Shown here piece after piece: positions 13,917-26,314 of a stretch of DNA of 64,000 bases. The notes under the pieces are model-generated. The model had not been told where the DNA came from and did not search any database. It worked only from the letters and a program-made list of their open reading frames with translations. A program made the position numbers and the translations under genes. Location of the stretch: the NCBI RefSeq assembly GCF_058153355.1, contig NZ_CM177019.1. The stretch is one strand, 5' to 3'. Position 1 is the first letter of the stretch; each line of letters opens with the position of its first letter.

Positions 13917-14480
13917 ATGGAACGTTGCGGCTGGGTGAGTCAGGACCCGCTTTATATTGCCTACCATGATAATGAGTGGGGCGTGCCTGAAACTGACAGT
14001 AAAAAACTGTTCGAAATGATCTGCCTTGAAGGGCAACAAGCAGGGTTATCGTGGATCACCGTCCTCAAAAAACGCGAAAACTATCGCGCCTGCTTTCATC
14101 AGTTCGATCCGGTGAAGGTGGCTGCAATGCAGGAAGAGGATGTCGAAAGACTGGTACAGGACGCCGGGATTATCCGCCATCGCGGGAAAATTCAGGCAAT
14201 TATTGGTAATGCGCGGGCGTACCTGCAAATGGAACAGAACGGCGAACCGTTTGCCGACTTTGTTTGGTCGTTTGTCAATCATCAACCACAGGTGACACAA
14301 GCCACAACGTTGAGCGAAATCCCTACATCTACGCCCGCCTCCGACGCTCTATCTAAAGCCCTGAAAAAGCGTGGTTTTAAGTTTGTTGGTACCACAATCT
14401 GTTACTCCTTTATGCAGGCATGTGGGCTGGTGAATGATCATGTGGTTGGCTGCTGTTGCTATCCGGGAAATAAACCATGA
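13917..14480 (+). CDS. tag: 3-methyladenine DNA glycosylase I
   Basis: ORF 13680-14480; recalled Tag start MERCGWVSQDPLY at ATG 13917 gives 187 aa. Confidence 0.9.
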   Translation: MERCGWVSQDPLYIAYHDNEWGVPETDSKKLFEMICLEGQQAGLSWITVLKKRENYRACFHQFDPVKVAAMQEEDVERLVQDAGIIRHRGKIQAIIGNARAYLQMEQNGEPFADFVWSFVNHQPQVTQATTLSEIPTSTPASDALSKALKKRGFKFVGTTICYSFMQACGLVNDHVVGCCCYPGNKP

Positions 14481-14917
14481 TTCGGGAAGCGCAACGTTCA
14501 GAACTCCCCGCGATCCTCGAATTGTGGCTGGAAAGTACAACCTGGGGGCATCCCTTTATAAAAGCGAATTACTGGCGTGATTGCATTCCGCTGGTGCGGG
14601 ATGCCTATCTTGCCAACGCGCAAAACTGGGTCTGGGAAGAAGACGGTAAGCTTCTCGGTTTTGTCAGCATTATGGAAGGCCGATTTCTGGCTGCAATGTT
14701 TGTCGCACCGAAGGCCGTCAGACGCGGTATTGGTAAGGCGCTAATGCAGTATGTGCAGCAGCGCCATCCCCATCTGATGCTGGAGGTTTATCAAAAAAAT
14801 CAACCGGCGATAGATTTTTACCATGCGCAGGGTTTTCACATTGTCGACTGCGCATGGCAGGATGAAACCCAACTACCCACCTGGATTATGAGCTGGCCGG
14901 TGGTTCAAACGCTGTAA
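14477..14917 (+). CDS. yiaC: GNAT family N-acetyltransferase YiaC
   Basis: 146 aa; 4-bp overlap with tag; acetyltransferase fold motifs. Confidence 0.88.
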   Translation: MIREAQRSELPAILELWLESTTWGHPFIKANYWRDCIPLVRDAYLANAQNWVWEEDGKLLGFVSIMEGRFLAAMFVAPKAVRRGIGKALMQYVQQRHPHLMLEVYQKNQPAIDFYHAQGFHIVDCAWQDETQLPTWIMSWPVVQTL

Positions 14918-17219
14918 GTGTCAGTTCCGGACCGTTGTATTTTTCCAGCCATGCCAGCGCCGTATTACCCGCACAGCCATTCCCCAGCCGCGAGCTGGGG
15001 AGATCTTTGGTCAGAACGTTCACCGCGCCGTTTTTACAAATACCGTCAGCGGTTAAATCCAGATCCGGCCATGCCCCTTCATGAATGCAAATCACGCCAG
15101 GTTTAATTCCCTCGCTAATGACCGCTCCGGCAAGAATTTGCCCGCGTGCGTTCCACAACCGAACAATATCGCCATCTTGTATGCCGCGCGCCTGGGCATC
15201 GTCAGGATGAATGGTGACAGGCTCACGATTTGCCACCGCGTACAATTCGCGCAGAGAACTGTAATTCAGCTGGCTGTGCAGACGATGTGCCGGATGAGCA
15301 GAAAGTACCTGCAACTGTTCCGGTTCGGCATTGCCCTGCCATTCGTCCGGCTCCAGCCACATTGGATGCCCAGGGCAATCCGGATAAGCGTAATCGGCAA
15401 TACGCTGCGAGAAGATTTCAATCTTGCCGCTGGCGGTTTTTAATGGATGCGCCTGCGGATCGCGGCGAAAATCAGCGAAGCGAATAAACCGCTCACTGTC
15501 CGGGTTTTCCGGCATCTCAATTAACTGGTTGGCCTGCCAGAATTCAGCAAAAGGCGGCAATTCAACCCGCTGGCTTGTCCCACGTTGCCGGGCGACGTTA
15601 TAAAACGTTTCCAGCCATTGCAGCTCACTTTTCCCTTCCGTAAACCGCGCATAGCCGCCCTTCTCCCAACGTTCACTCAACTCGGCAAAGACATCAAAAT
15701 CATTACGCGCTTCATAACGTGGAGGCACCACTTGCTTCATCGGCATCAGATGCTGATTACTGTAATCGCCGGTCATGGTGAGGTCATTACGCTCAAACGA
15801 GGTGGTTGCAGGGAGGACGATATCGGCGTGTTTCGCCGCTGCCGTCCAGAAGCATTCGGAGATCACCACCAGCTCCGGTTTTTGCCAGGCACGAATCAGA
15901 CGATTGGTATCCTGATGATGAGTAAAGTTGGCGCCGCCCGCCCACCAGATAAAACGAATATCCGGGAAGTGACGATTCATGCCATTGTGTTGGTATGCAC
16001 CGCCAGGGTTTTCCAGAGCTTCAACAATACGGGCTACAGGGATTTTATCTACCGCATCGGTGCCACCTGGCAAGCTGCCCTGCATAGATGAAAGCACCGC
16101 AGCGCGGCGCGTAGGGTTACCACCATTGGCAAAATGGTAAGAAAGACCAAAGCCCCCGCCAGGCGTGCCGATTTGCCCTAACATTGCTGCCAGGGTGACG
16201 ATCATCCAGTGTTTTTGCTCACCAAACTGCTGGCGCTGCATTCCCCAGCCAGCCATCAGCATGGTGGTATTTTGGTGAAAAATAGCCGCCAGTTCGCGGA
16301 TTTTCTCTGCGTTAATCCCACAAATCTCTGCCGCCCATTCGGCATTTTTCGCTATTCCGTCACTCTCGCCCAGCAAATAAGAGGCGAAGACGTCATAACC
16401 TGTGGTGCAACGCGCCAGAAACGCTTCGTCGTGCCAGCCATTTTCCACCAGCGTATGGGCGATCCCCAGCATCAGCGCAACATCGGTGCCCATGTGCGGT
16501 GCCACCCACTCCATTTTATCGCCAAAGAAATCGACGGTTTCCGATCGCATTGGATCAATGCAGATCAGCTTTTTCCCGCTGTCACGCAGTGCGGAAAAGT
16601 AAGAAAGCCCCTGCTCATCGGATGCATTCCACGCAATTTTCAGCGTATTGAGTGGGTTAGCACTCCATAGCACCACGACATCGCTATGTTCCAATACCAA
16701 CGGCCAACTGGTTTGCTGTTGATAAACTTCGCTGCCCCCCACGACATACGGCATGATCGCCTGTGCTGCACCGGTCGAATAATCCCCCAGATGCCCAGTA
16801 TAACCGCCTGCCAGCGCCATATAGCGTTGTAATAATGTCGAGGCCTTATGCAGCACGCCGTTTGAACGCCAGCCGTAGGAACCAGCAAAAATCGATGCCG
16901 GACCATAAGCCTCACGAATACGTTTATGTTGTTGGTGAATAAGCTCCAGCGCCTCATCCCAACTCACGCGAACAAATTCATCCTGCCCACGAATGCCTTG
17001 CGGGTTTTCCGGTGACGCGAGAAAGCCCTTGCGCACCATTGGAAATCGTACCCGTGTTTTGCTGTGAACCTGGTCGCGAACCGCACTCTGCAAGGAGTTT
17101 TTCATTTCTGTGACTAACGCGCCACGCGAGCTAAACACGGTTTCGCCGTCGGTTTCAACCAGCATGGGCCCCCAGTGAGCGGCAGTAAGAACAGAATAAC
17201 GTGAGGATGAGTTGGCCAA
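14886..17219 (-). CDS. bisC: biotin sulfoxide reductase (molybdopterin oxidoreductase)
   Basis: 777 aa; DMSO reductase-family molybdopterin enzyme. Confidence 0.9.
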   Translation of the reverse strand: MANSSSRYSVLTAAHWGPMLVETDGETVFSSRGALVTEMKNSLQSAVRDQVHSKTRVRFPMVRKGFLASPENPQGIRGQDEFVRVSWDEALELIHQQHKRIREAYGPASIFAGSYGWRSNGVLHKASTLLQRYMALAGGYTGHLGDYSTGAAQAIMPYVVGGSEVYQQQTSWPLVLEHSDVVVLWSANPLNTLKIAWNASDEQGLSYFSALRDSGKKLICIDPMRSETVDFFGDKMEWVAPHMGTDVALMLGIAHTLVENGWHDEAFLARCTTGYDVFASYLLGESDGIAKNAEWAAEICGINAEKIRELAAIFHQNTTMLMAGWGMQRQQFGEQKHWMIVTLAAMLGQIGTPGGGFGLSYHFANGGNPTRRAAVLSSMQGSLPGGTDAVDKIPVARIVEALENPGGAYQHNGMNRHFPDIRFIWWAGGANFTHHQDTNRLIRAWQKPELVVISECFWTAAAKHADIVLPATTSFERNDLTMTGDYSNQHLMPMKQVVPPRYEARNDFDVFAELSERWEKGGYARFTEGKSELQWLETFYNVARQRGTSQRVELPPFAEFWQANQLIEMPENPDSERFIRFADFRRDPQAHPLKTASGKIEIFSQRIADYAYPDCPGHPMWLEPDEWQGNAEPEQLQVLSAHPAHRLHSQLNYSSLRELYAVANREPVTIHPDDAQARGIQDGDIVRLWNARGQILAGAVISEGIKPGVICIHEGAWPDLDLTADGICKNGAVNVLTKDLPSSRLGNGCAGNTALAWLEKYNGPELTLTAFEPPASS

Positions 17220-17371
17220 ACCGAAGGCTCCTGAAAGATTAGATGTATTGAGCAGTTAAATATTACTTACAAATTTCCGAGTATTCCCAGGAATAATCTT
17301 CATGTTCACGCGGCATAATCTCCCGCCACGGAACCCGTGGCAAAGAATAAAAAGGTTATTAAGGATTAACA

Positions 17372-18031
17372 ATGAAGAAACGTGTTTATCTTATTGCCGC
17401 CGTAGTGAGTGGCGCTCTGGCGGTATCTGGCTGCACCACTAACCCTTACACAGGTGAACGCGAAGCAGGTAAATCTGCTATCGGTGCAGGTCTGGGCTCT
17501 CTCGTTGGCGCGGGTATTGGTGCGCTCTCTTCTTCGAAGAAAGATCGCGGTAAAGGCGCGCTGATTGGCGCAGCAGCGGGTGCAGCTCTGGGCGGCGGCG
17601 TTGGTTATTACATGGATGTGCAGGAAGCGAAGCTACGTGACAAAATGCGCGGCACTGGTGTTAGCGTAACCCGCAGCGGGGATAACATTATCCTCAATAT
17701 GCCGAACAATGTAACCTTCGACAGCAGCAGCGCGACCCTGAAACCGGCAGGCGCTAACACCCTAACCGGCGTGGCAATGGTGCTGAAAGAGTATCCGAAA
17801 ACGGCGGTTAACGTGATTGGTTATACCGACAGCACGGGTGGTCACGACCTGAACATGCGTCTCTCCCAGCAGCGTGCGGATTCCGTTGCCAGCGCGTTGA
17901 TCACCCAGGGCGTGGACGCCAGCCGCATCCGTACTCAGGGCCTTGGCCCGGCTAACCCAATCGCCAGCAACAGCACCGCAGAAGGTAAGGCGCAAAACCG
18001 CCGTGTAGAAATTACCTTAAGCCCGCTGTAA
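17372..18031 (+). CDS. yiaD: OmpA-family outer membrane lipoprotein YiaD
   Basis: 219 aa; lipobox LAVSGC; C-terminal OmpA-like domain (NRRVEI). Confidence 0.9.
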   Translation: MKKRVYLIAAVVSGALAVSGCTTNPYTGEREAGKSAIGAGLGSLVGAGIGALSSSKKDRGKGALIGAAAGAALGGGVGYYMDVQEAKLRDKMRGTGVSVTRSGDNIILNMPNNVTFDSSSATLKPAGANTLTGVAMVLKEYPKTAVNVIGYTDSTGGHDLNMRLSQQRADSVASALITQGVDASRIRTQGLGPANPIASNSTAEGKAQNRRVEITLSPL

Positions 18032-18040
18032 TCCCTTTCA

Positions 18041-18080
18041 TGCCAGGTGATGCAAAAATCACCTGGCATTCTTCAGTTTT
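18041..18080 (+). terminator. intrinsic terminator after yiaD
   Basis: Hairpin tgccaggtgatgcaaaaatcacctggca followed by T-rich tract. Confidence 0.55.
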
Positions 18081-18134
18081 CCTTCATCATATTTCAGGCT
18101 AAGGTGATCGCCTTATCAGTGAATGGAGAGAAGA

Positions 18135-19109
18135 ATGAAGCCGTCCGTTATCCTCTACAAAGCCTTACCTGATGATTTACTGCAACGCCTGCAAGAGCAT
18201 TTCACCGTTCATCAGGTGGCAAACCTCAGCACACAAACCGTCGAACAAAATGCAGCAATTTTTGCCGAAGCTGAAGGTTTACTGGGTTCAAACGAGAATG
18301 TTGATGCCGCATTGCTGGAAAAAATGCCGAAACTGCGTGCCACATCAACGATCTCCGTCGGCTATGACAATTTTGATGTCGATGCGCTTACCGCCCGAAA
18401 AATTCTGCTGATGCACACACCAACCGTATTAACAGAAACCGTCGCCGATACGCTGATGGCGCTGGTGTTGTCTACCGCTCGTCGGGTTGTGGAGGTAGCA
18501 GAACGGGTAAAAGCAGGCGAATGGACCGCGAGCATAGGCCCGGACTGGTACGGCACTGACGTTCACCATAAAACACTGGGCATTGTCGGGATGGGACGGA
18601 TCGGCATGGCGCTGGCACAACGTGCGCACCTTGGCTTCAACATGCCCATCCTCTATAACGCGCGCCGCCACCATAAAGAAGCAGAAGAACGCTTCAACGC
18701 CCGCTACTGCGATTTGGATACACTGTTACAAGAGTCAGATTTCGTTTGCCTGATCCTGCCGTTAACTGATGAAACGCATCATCTGTTTAGCGCAGAACAA
18801 TTCGCCAAAATGAAATCCTCCGCCATTTTCATTAATGCCGGACGTGGTCCAGTGGTTGACGAAAATGCACTGATTGCAGCATTGCAGAAAGGGGAAATTC
18901 ACGCTGCCGGGCTGGATGTATTCGAACAAGAGCCACTGCCCGTAGATTCTCCGTTGCTCTCAATGGCCAACGTCGTCGCCGTACCGCATATTGGTTCTGC
19001 CACCCATGAGACGCGTTATGGCATGGCCGCCTGCGCCGTGGATAATTTGATTAATGCGTTACAGGGAAAAGTTGAGAAGAACTGTGTGAATCCGCACGTC
19101 GCGGAATAA
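18135..19109 (+). CDS. ghrB: glyoxylate/hydroxypyruvate reductase B (2-ketogluconate reductase)
   Basis: ORF 18123-19109; start MKPSVILYK at ATG 18135 gives 324 aa; D-2-hydroxyacid dehydrogenase NAD-binding motif GIVGMGRIG. Confidence 0.9.
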   Translation: MKPSVILYKALPDDLLQRLQEHFTVHQVANLSTQTVEQNAAIFAEAEGLLGSNENVDAALLEKMPKLRATSTISVGYDNFDVDALTARKILLMHTPTVLTETVADTLMALVLSTARRVVEVAERVKAGEWTASIGPDWYGTDVHHKTLGIVGMGRIGMALAQRAHLGFNMPILYNARRHHKEAEERFNARYCDLDTLLQESDFVCLILPLTDETHHLFSAEQFAKMKSSAIFINAGRGPVVDENALIAALQKGEIHAAGLDVFEQEPLPVDSPLLSMANVVAVPHIGSATHETRYGMAACAVDNLINALQGKVEKNCVNPHVAE

Positions 19110-19124
19110 CCGCGACTGCGGGAA

Positions 19125-19160
19125 GTAAAGCCCGATAATCGCCCGGGCTTTTACTCTTTA
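19125..19160. terminator. bidirectional terminator between convergent ghrB and yiaF
   Basis: Hairpin aaagcccgataatcgcccgggcttt with flanking T/A runs. Confidence 0.5.
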
Positions 19161-19868
19161 TTGGGTTGCAGTGACTGCTGTAGTCCAGGCCTGATTAAAC
19201 GCCTGATGCTGTGCCGGTAATGGCGCAATCAGTTTGTTATATTCACTTGCCTGCTGCGAAGTCGGGAACTGGATGCCATTTGCGACAAAACTCACCTGAG
19301 TACCTTGCTGAGCAATGTAGTCTCCAACCATCACCAGTTGTTGCGTGAAAGTTTGTGCCGCCGGAATCAACGGTTGCAAAGCATCAGCTGGCGTCGTTAC
19401 CACTTTGGTGAATGCCTGATCAAAGACCGGTTTCAGGTCATCGCTCTGTTTTAGCGCAGAGTGCGCAGCATCGGCCTGCAACTTCGCATTTTGCAACTGT
19501 TGCGCCAGTACGCCCAGAGAACCGTTCATTTCACGCAGTGGGCCGCTTTGCGTAACGTAATCCTGCGGTACGCGAATTGCGTTAACGCTGTCTACAACCG
19601 GGCGCAGACCGGAATCCATCGCCTGATTCACCTGCTGTGAATAACCATACAGAATCGCGTAATCAGAGACAAAAGGACCAAACTGTTTTTTCTGATCGGC
19701 AGTCAGGGTTGGTAGACGTTCACCGCTACGCATCACTGTATTCTGCAGGAAGTCGATAAACGCTTTACGCTGATCGCCTTCTTTATCAAAACACCCACTC
19801 AGGCTAACTACCATTAATAACGCCGCAAGAGGCGCAAACCAGCGAGAGCAGGACTTTCCTGTCGCCAT
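19158..19868 (-). CDS. yiaF: DUF3053 lipoprotein YiaF
   Basis: ORF 19158-19988; start MATGKSCSRWF at internal ATG gives 236 aa; lipobox LSGC. Confidence 0.85.
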   Translation of the reverse strand: MATGKSCSRWFAPLAALLMVVSLSGCFDKEGDQRKAFIDFLQNTVMRSGERLPTLTADQKKQFGPFVSDYAILYGYSQQVNQAMDSGLRPVVDSVNAIRVPQDYVTQSGPLREMNGSLGVLAQQLQNAKLQADAAHSALKQSDDLKPVFDQAFTKVVTTPADALQPLIPAAQTFTQQLVMVGDYIAQQGTQVSFVANGIQFPTSQQASEYNKLIAPLPAQHQAFNQAWTTAVTATQ

Positions 19869-20301
19869 TTTCTTACTCCTTTCACCCAAAAAAAGCGCAC
19901 AACGACACACGCGTGTCTGACGTGACAAGGATAGTCCAGGACAGGCTTGCAGGATACCCTTTCTACGTAATCTTCCTGGTAAAATCATGGAGAAAATGAA
20001 ACAAGGTTAATTTGTTGTTTCATTGTTAAAAAATGATAGTGCCGTTGCTTTTTTTGTAGCCAGAGATTTACGCCTTCTCAGAACGTTAGATTTTCGAAAT
20101 CTTTACAAACCGGGAGTGGTAAGAGATATATCGGCATTTATCAGATCGTTAGGTGGCTATAAGTCACGCTAAATGACTGGCTGAATCGAATCATAGCCAG
20201 AGCATGCCCTGACTACACCCCGCTGTGTCTGTTTTTCCCGACTATTCTTAATGAGCTTCGATGCAATTCACGATCCCGCAGTGTGATTTGAGGAGTTTTC
20301 A

Positions 20302-20592
20302 ATGGAATATAAAGATCCCATGCATGAGCTGTTGAGCAGCCTGGAACAGATTGTTTTTAAAGATGAAACGCAGAAGATTACTCTGACGCATAGAACAACG
20401 TCCTGTACCGAGATTGAGCAGTTACGTAAAGGTACGGGGTTAAAAATCGATGATTTCGCTCGGGTTTTGGGCGTTTCCGTCGCCATGGTAAAGGAATGGG
20501 AATCCCGACGCGTTAAGCCTTCAAGTGCCGAACTAAAATTGATGCGTCTGATTCAAGCTAACCCAGCGTTAAGTAAGCAGTTGATGGAATAG
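20302..20592 (+). CDS. yiaG: putative HTH (XRE-like) transcriptional regulator YiaG
   Basis: 96 aa; helix-turn-helix region LRKGTGLKIDDFARVLGVSVAMVKEWE. Confidence 0.85.
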   Translation: MEYKDPMHELLSSLEQIVFKDETQKITLTHRTTSCTEIEQLRKGTGLKIDDFARVLGVSVAMVKEWESRRVKPSSAELKLMRLIQANPALSKQLME

Positions 20593-20699
20593 ACTTTTAT
20601 CCACTTTATTGCTGTTTACGGTCCTGATGACAGGACCGTTTTCCAACCGATTAATCATAAATATGAAAAATAATTGTTGCATCACCCGCCAATGCGTGG

Positions 20700-20872
20700 C
20701 TTAATGCACATCAACGGTTTGACGTACAGACCATTAAAGCAGTGTAGTAAGGCAAGTCCCTTCAAGAGTTATCGTTGATACCCCTCGTAGTGCATTTCCT
20801 TTAACGCTTCAAAATCTGTAAAGCACGCCATATCGCCGAAAGGCACATTTAAATTATTAAAGGTAATACACT
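20700..20872 (+). promoter_or_regulatory. cspA promoter and long 5' UTR (cold-box leader)
   Basis: Region immediately upstream of cspA ATG; known about 160-nt leader in E. coli; motifs not individually mapped. Confidence 0.5.
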
Positions 20873-21085
20873 ATGTCCGGTAAAATGACTGGTATCGTAA
20901 AATGGTTCAACGCTGACAAAGGCTTCGGCTTCATCACTCCTGACGATGGCTCTAAAGACGTGTTCGTACACTTCTCTGCTATCCAGAACGATGGTTACAA
21001 ATCTCTGGACGAAGGTCAGAAAGTGTCCTTCACCATCGAAAGCGGCGCTAAAGGCCCAGCAGCTGGTAACGTAACCAGCCTGTAA
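20873..21085 (+). CDS. cspA: major cold shock protein CspA
   Basis: 70 aa, [21 protein letters not shown]...; RNP1/RNP2 motifs. Confidence 0.97.
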
Positions 21086-21111
21086 TCTCTGCTTAAAAGC
21101 ACAGAATCTAA

Positions 21112-21141
21112 GATCCCTGCCAAATGGCGGGGATTTTTTTA
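21112..21141 (+). terminator. cspA intrinsic terminator
   Basis: Hairpin atccctgccaaatggcgggga followed by ttttttt. Confidence 0.65.
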
Positions 21142-21273
21142 TTTGTTTATTCAGGAAATGAATAATCGTTCGCGTAATAAAATCTATTATTATTTTTGTG
21201 AAGAATAAATTTGGGTGCAATGAGAATGCGCAACGCCGTAAGAAAGGCGGGAATAACTTCCCGCCGAAGACTC

Positions 21274-21426
21274 TTACTCTTTCAATTTGCAGGCTAAAAA
21301 CGCCGCCAGCTCATAATTCTCCTGTTTAATATGCAATTCACACAGTGAATCTCTTATCATCCAGGTGAAAAATAAAAGCGTGAAACAAATCACTATTAAA
21401 GAAAGTAATCTATATTTCTGCGGCAT
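21274..21426 (-). CDS. hokA: Hok-family type I toxin HokA
   Basis: 50 aa MPQKYRLLSLIVICFTLLFFTWMIRDSLCELHIKQENYELAAFLACKLKE; single TM; the ORF track extends it upstream in-frame. Confidence 0.85.
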   Translation of the reverse strand: MPQKYRLLSLIVICFTLLFFTWMIRDSLCELHIKQENYELAAFLACKLKE

Positions 21427-21703
21427 TCCCAGCCTCCTGTGTTGATTTCCAACGAGTAAGAGGCTAACCTTATGGTGTTCAGGCATAGGGTAGCCTCACT
21501 TTGATTTATAGTCAGGTGGGGCTTTTCTCTGTCTGCCTTTCGGTGAATACCTGAGACAAACAGTCTCAAGCACCCGTGGCTATTCTAGCTTAATAAGTTC
21601 TTTTCTTCTCCTTGATATAATCCTAAAAAAATCTCATAAAATTAATATATGAGACAATCTTTATTCAGCAGAAGATTATTAAAGGTTGCTCTATTATTTA
21701 GCG

Positions 21704-21731
21704 ATAAAAAAGCCTGCCAGATGGCAGGCTT
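21704..21731 (-). terminator. glyQS operon intrinsic terminator
   Basis: Hairpin gcctgccagatggcaggc immediately after glyS stop with a T-run on the minus strand. Confidence 0.65.
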
Positions 21732-21747
21732 TTTAATAACGACGTTA

Positions 21748-23817
21748 TTACTGCAACAGCGAAATATCCGCAACTCGCAGGAATAATTCGCGCAGTTTCT
21801 CCAGCATGGTAAGACGGTTGATTCGCAATTCTTTGTCATCAACCATGACCATCACTTTATCGAAGAAGGCATCAACCGGTTCACGCAGCTCAGCCAGTTC
21901 GACCAGCGCATCCTGGTAACGACCTTCAGCAAAGTACGGCTCTAGCTTGTCACGTAGCACCACAACCTGCATCGCCAGTTTAATTTCTTCCGGCTCTTTC
22001 AGAGTAGAGGCATTCACGCGGTCGCTCAGCACTTCGTCAGATTTCGCCAGAATGTTAGATACACGCTTGTTCGCCGCCGCCAGTGCTGCAGCTGCATCCA
22101 GGGTACGGAAGTGCGATACCGCTTTCATTCGGGCATCGAAATCAGCCGGACGAGTCGGACGACGCGCCAGTACCGCCTGGATGGTGTCAACGGTGTAACC
22201 TTCGTCCTGATACCAGGCGCGGAAGCGACCGAGCATAAAGTCGATAACATCATCAACCACGTTGGCATTAGTCAGCTTATCGCCATACAGACGCACTGCT
22301 TCTTCGGTCAGGGTTTGCAGGTCAAGATTGAGGTTCTTCTCAACGATAATACGCAGCACGCCAAGTGCGGCACGACGCAACGCAAACGGGTCTTTGTCGC
22401 CTTTCGGATGCTGGCCGATACCGAAGATACCCGCCAGAGTATCCATCTTGTCAGCTATCGCCAGCGCACAGGCTACCGGGTTAGACGGCAGGTCATCACC
22501 GGCAAAGCGCGGCTGATACTGCTCGTTCAGCGCCACTGCGACATCTTCCGCTTCACCATCGTGACGCGCGTAGTGCATACCCATAACGCCCTGAGTGTCG
22601 GTGAACTCGAAGACCATGTTAGTCATCAGGTCACACTTAGACAGCAGGCCCGCACGGGTGGCATGATTCACGTCAGCGCCAATCTGTTCAGCAATCCAGC
22701 CAGCCAGCGCCTGAATGCGGTCAGTTTTGTCGCGCAGCGTACCCAGTTGTTGCTGGAACAGCACGGTTTGCAGGCGCGGCAGGTTATCTTCCAGACGTTT
22801 TTTACGGTCGGTATTGAAGAAGAACTCGGCATCCGCCAGACGTGGACGAACGACTTTCTCGTTACCAGAGATAATTTGCTGCGGATCTTTCGATTCGATA
22901 TTGGCAACGAAGATAAAGTTCGGCAGCAGTTTGCCGTCGTTCGCATACACCGGGAAGTATTTCTGGTCACCTTTCATGGTGTAAACCAGCGCTTCAGACG
23001 GCACCGCGAGGAATTTCTCTTCGAATTTTGCGGTCAGCACAACCGGCCATTCCACCAGCGAAGCGACTTCTTCCAACAGGCTTTCGCTTAAGTCAGCGTT
23101 ACCGCCAATCTTACGCGCCGCTTCTTCGGCATCGGCTTTAATCTTCGCCTTACGTTCTTCGTAATCGGCGATGACTTTCCCGCGCTCACGCAGAATTTCC
23201 GGATACTGATCAGCATTGTCGATAGTGAATTCCGGCTCGCCCATAAAGCGGTGGCCGCGAATCACGCGATCGGACTGAATGCCCAGAATGGTTGCCGGAA
23301 TGACTTTGTCGCCCAGCAGCAGGGTCACGGTGTGCACCGGACGCACGAAGTGCACGTCGCTTGCACCCCAACGCATCAGTTTCGGGATCGGCAGTTTCGC
23401 CAGCGAAGTCGCAACCATATTCGGCAACAGTGCTTCAGTGCTTTCGCCCTTCACGTGGGCGCGATACAGCAGCCATTCGCCTTTATCGGTAGTCAGACGC
23501 TCAGCCTGGTCAACGGTAATACCGCAACCACGCGCCCAGCCTTCTGCCGCTTTGCTCGGTTTGCCTTCAGCGTCGAACGCCTGGGCAATCGCCGGGCCGC
23601 GTTTTTCGATTTCACGATCCGGTTGTGCTTCCGCCAGGTTAGCTACTTTCAGCGCCAGACGACGCGGAGCAGCAAACCATTGAACGGTGCCATGTGCGAG
23701 GCCAGCGTTATCCAGCTCCGCAGTAAAGTTCGCAGCAAAGGACTCAGCCAGGCTGCGCAGTGCTTTTGGTGGCAGCTCTTCAGTGCCGATTTCCACCAGA
23801 AAAGTTTTCTCAGACAT
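21748..23817 (-). CDS. glyS: glycine--tRNA ligase beta subunit
   Basis: 689 aa; downstream of glyQ in operon. Confidence 0.95.
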   Translation of the reverse strand: MSEKTFLVEIGTEELPPKALRSLAESFAANFTAELDNAGLAHGTVQWFAAPRRLALKVANLAEAQPDREIEKRGPAIAQAFDAEGKPSKAAEGWARGCGITVDQAERLTTDKGEWLLYRAHVKGESTEALLPNMVATSLAKLPIPKLMRWGASDVHFVRPVHTVTLLLGDKVIPATILGIQSDRVIRGHRFMGEPEFTIDNADQYPEILRERGKVIADYEERKAKIKADAEEAARKIGGNADLSESLLEEVASLVEWPVVLTAKFEEKFLAVPSEALVYTMKGDQKYFPVYANDGKLLPNFIFVANIESKDPQQIISGNEKVVRPRLADAEFFFNTDRKKRLEDNLPRLQTVLFQQQLGTLRDKTDRIQALAGWIAEQIGADVNHATRAGLLSKCDLMTNMVFEFTDTQGVMGMHYARHDGEAEDVAVALNEQYQPRFAGDDLPSNPVACALAIADKMDTLAGIFGIGQHPKGDKDPFALRRAALGVLRIIVEKNLNLDLQTLTEEAVRLYGDKLTNANVVDDVIDFMLGRFRAWYQDEGYTVDTIQAVLARRPTRPADFDARMKAVSHFRTLDAAAALAAANKRVSNILAKSDEVLSDRVNASTLKEPEEIKLAMQVVVLRDKLEPYFAEGRYQDALVELAELREPVDAFFDKVMVMVDDKELRINRLTMLEKLRELFLRVADISLLQ

Positions 23818-23826
23818 AGCCGCCTC

Positions 23827-24738
23827 TTACTTATCTTTGTTGCACATCGGGAAGCCGAGGGCTTCACGGGAAGCGTAGTATGCTTCTGCCACTGCTTTGG
23901 TCAGGGTGCGAATGCGCAGAATATAGCGCTGACGCTCAGTGACGGAGATGGCTTTACGCGCATCCAGCAGGTTGAAGCTGTGGGCGGCTTTCAGAATACG
24001 CTCGTAGGCTGGCAGCGGCAGCGGATTTTCCAGCGCCAGCAGCTGCTGCGCTTCTTTCTCGTATTGCTCGAAGCAGGTGAACAGGAAGTCCACATCCGCG
24101 TATTCGAAGTTGTAAGTGGACTGCTCCACTTCGTTCTGATGGAACACGTCGCCGTAGGTGGTTTTACCCAGCGGGCCGTCGCTCCAGACCAGGTCGTAAA
24201 CGCTGTCTACGCCCTGAATGTACATTGCCAGACGTTCCAGACCGTAGGTGATCTCGCCGGTAACCGGTTTACACTCCAGACCACCAACCTGCTGGAAGTA
24301 AGTGAACTGCGTCACTTCCATGCCGTTCAGCCACACTTCCCAGCCCAGCCCCCAGGCACCCAAAGTCGGGTTTTCCCAGTTATCTTCCACGAAACGGATA
24401 TCGTGGATAGTCGGGTCCATGCCCAGCTCTTTCAGAGAACCAAGGTACAGCTCCTGAATATTGTCCGGCGATGGCTTAATGACCACCTGGAACTGATAGT
24501 AGTGCTGTAAACGGTTGGGGTTTTCGCCGTAGCGACCATCGGTCGGGCGACGAGAAGGCTGAACATAAGCAGCCGCCATCGGTTCTGGCCCCAGCGCGCG
24601 CAGACAGGTCATTGGGTGAGAGGTTCCCGCGCCGACTTCCATGTCCAATGGTTGAACAATGGTGCAGCCCTGGCGAGCCCAGTAATCCTGTAAGGTCAGG
24701 ATCAAGCCCTGGAAGGTCCTGGTATCAAACTTTTGCAT
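23827..24738 (-). CDS. glyQ: glycine--tRNA ligase alpha subunit
   Basis: 303 aa, [25 protein letters not shown]... Confidence 0.95.
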
Positions 24739-24832
24739 ATTATTTCGTGCTGGATACGTGTGGATTTAAAGGAAGGGATCAGTATACCCGCTGGATGGAA
24801 GATATACAGTACGAAACGGGAAAAAGCAGGGC

Positions 24833-25141
24833 TTAACGCATGGAAAGATGCAAAAAATGGCCATCCGCGTCAAAAGAACAGACAAACTGCTCTTTCCGGA
24901 AGGTATAACCACGCATTTCGTAGCTTCCCTGGAACTGTTCGAAGGCGGTGACGTCGATTTTTTGCTCGCCGGTGTTATAACGTTTTGCCGCCTGATCCTT
25001 GCATAACGCTTCCATATTCAACGAACGCAGAGGATCAACCTTTACCCGTTGTGCTTTCTGCACGGGTGGCGGTGTAGAACAACCCACTAGCGCCATAAGC
25101 ACTATAAGCGCCATTGCCGGAAAGAAAGAGTTCATCATCAT
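24833..25141 (-). CDS. ysaB: small lipoprotein YsaB
   Basis: About 100 aa with signal peptide and lipobox LVGCS; exact start uncertain. Confidence 0.7.
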   Translation of the reverse strand: MMMNSFFPAMALIVLMALVGCSTPPPVQKAQRVKVDPLRSLNMEALCKDQAAKRYNTGEQKIDVTAFEQFQGSYEMRGYTFRKEQFVCSFDADGHFLHLSMR

Positions 25142-25315
25142 TAAATTACCGTCTGGTTTGCAGGTGAGTCTTATTATTTATATCGGTATAGTGGCTGATA
25201 TCTTACGAATTTCCTTAAGCCTCTATAAGCTGTAGTGATAAAACTCAGATTATTCCAGTGCGCCAACCGAATGATTTATCGGTCAGACTTTTTTTAACCA
25301 GATACAGAGACACAG

Positions 25316-26311
25316 ATGCAGCCCAAAATTTACTGGATTGATAACCTGCGAGGGATAGCGTGTTTAATGGTGGTGATGATTCACACCACAACCTGGTATG
25401 TGACCAATGCTCATAGTGTTAGCCCCGCTACCTGGGATATCGCCAATGTTCTGAATTCTGCCTCTCGTGTCAGCGTGCCGCTATTTTTCATGATTTCCGG
25501 CTATCTCTTTTTTGGCGAACGCAGCGCCCAGCCGCGCCATTTCTTACGTATCGGCTTATGTCTGCTTTTTTATAGCGCAATCGCACTGCTCTACATTGCG
25601 CTGCTTACCTCCATCAATGTGGAGTTAGCGCTGAAAAACCTGCTGCAAAAGCCAGTGTTTTACCACTTATGGTTTTTCTTCGCGATTGCGGTGATTTATC
25701 TGGTTTCACCGCTGATTCAGGTGAAGAACGTTGGCGGAAAAATGTTGCTGGTACTAATGGTGGTGATTGGTATTATCGCTAACCCAAACACAGTGCCGCA
25801 GAAAATTGACGGTTTTGAATGGCTGCCAATTAACTTATATATCAATGGCGATACTTTTTACTACATCCTGTATGGCATGTTGGGCCGCGCTATAGGGATG
25901 ATGGACACACAGCATAAAGCACTGTCGTGGGTGTGCGCCGCACTGTTTGCGACGGGGGTTTTTATTATCTCTCGCGGGACATTATATGAATTGCAGTGGC
26001 GCGGAAATTTTGCCGATACCTGGTATCTTTACTGTGGGCCGATGGTTTTTATCTGCGCAATCGCACTATTGACTCTGGTTAAAAATACGCTGGATACACA
26101 CACTGTTCCCGGGCTTGGGCTGATATCACGCCATTCTTTAGGTATATACGGGTTCCACGCATTGATTATCCATGCGCTGCGTACCCGGGGGATTGAGCTT
26201 AAAAACTGGCCAATACTGGATATTATTTGGATCTTTTGCGCGACGTTGGCAGCGAGTTTGTTACTTTCTATGCTGGTACAACGAATCGACAGAAACAGAC
26301 TAGTGAGTTAA
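25316..26311 (+). CDS. wecH: membrane O-acetyltransferase WecH (acyltransferase 3 family)
   Basis: 331 aa multi-TM acyltransferase-3 protein. Confidence 0.85.
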   Translation: MQPKIYWIDNLRGIACLMVVMIHTTTWYVTNAHSVSPATWDIANVLNSASRVSVPLFFMISGYLFFGERSAQPRHFLRIGLCLLFYSAIALLYIALLTSINVELALKNLLQKPVFYHLWFFFAIAVIYLVSPLIQVKNVGGKMLLVLMVVIGIIANPNTVPQKIDGFEWLPINLYINGDTFYYILYGMLGRAIGMMDTQHKALSWVCAALFATGVFIISRGTLYELQWRGNFADTWYLYCGPMVFICAIALLTLVKNTLDTHTVPGLGLISRHSLGIYGFHALIIHALRTRGIELKNWPILDIIWIFCATLAASLLLSMLVQRIDRNRLVS

Positions 26312-26314
26312 ATA

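Noticed and set aside
21274-21486. 70-aa ORF as the true hokA product
   Set aside because: Hok toxins are about 50 aa; the conserved MPQKYR start is internal, and the track ORF is an upstream in-frame extension, not the toxin itself.
22111-24510. Long plus-strand ORFs (326 aa and 419 aa) antisense to glyS and glyQ
   Set aside because: They lie entirely within the well-supported glyS/glyQ coding regions on the opposite strand, with no recognisable domains; typical shadow ORFs in GC-biased coding sequence.
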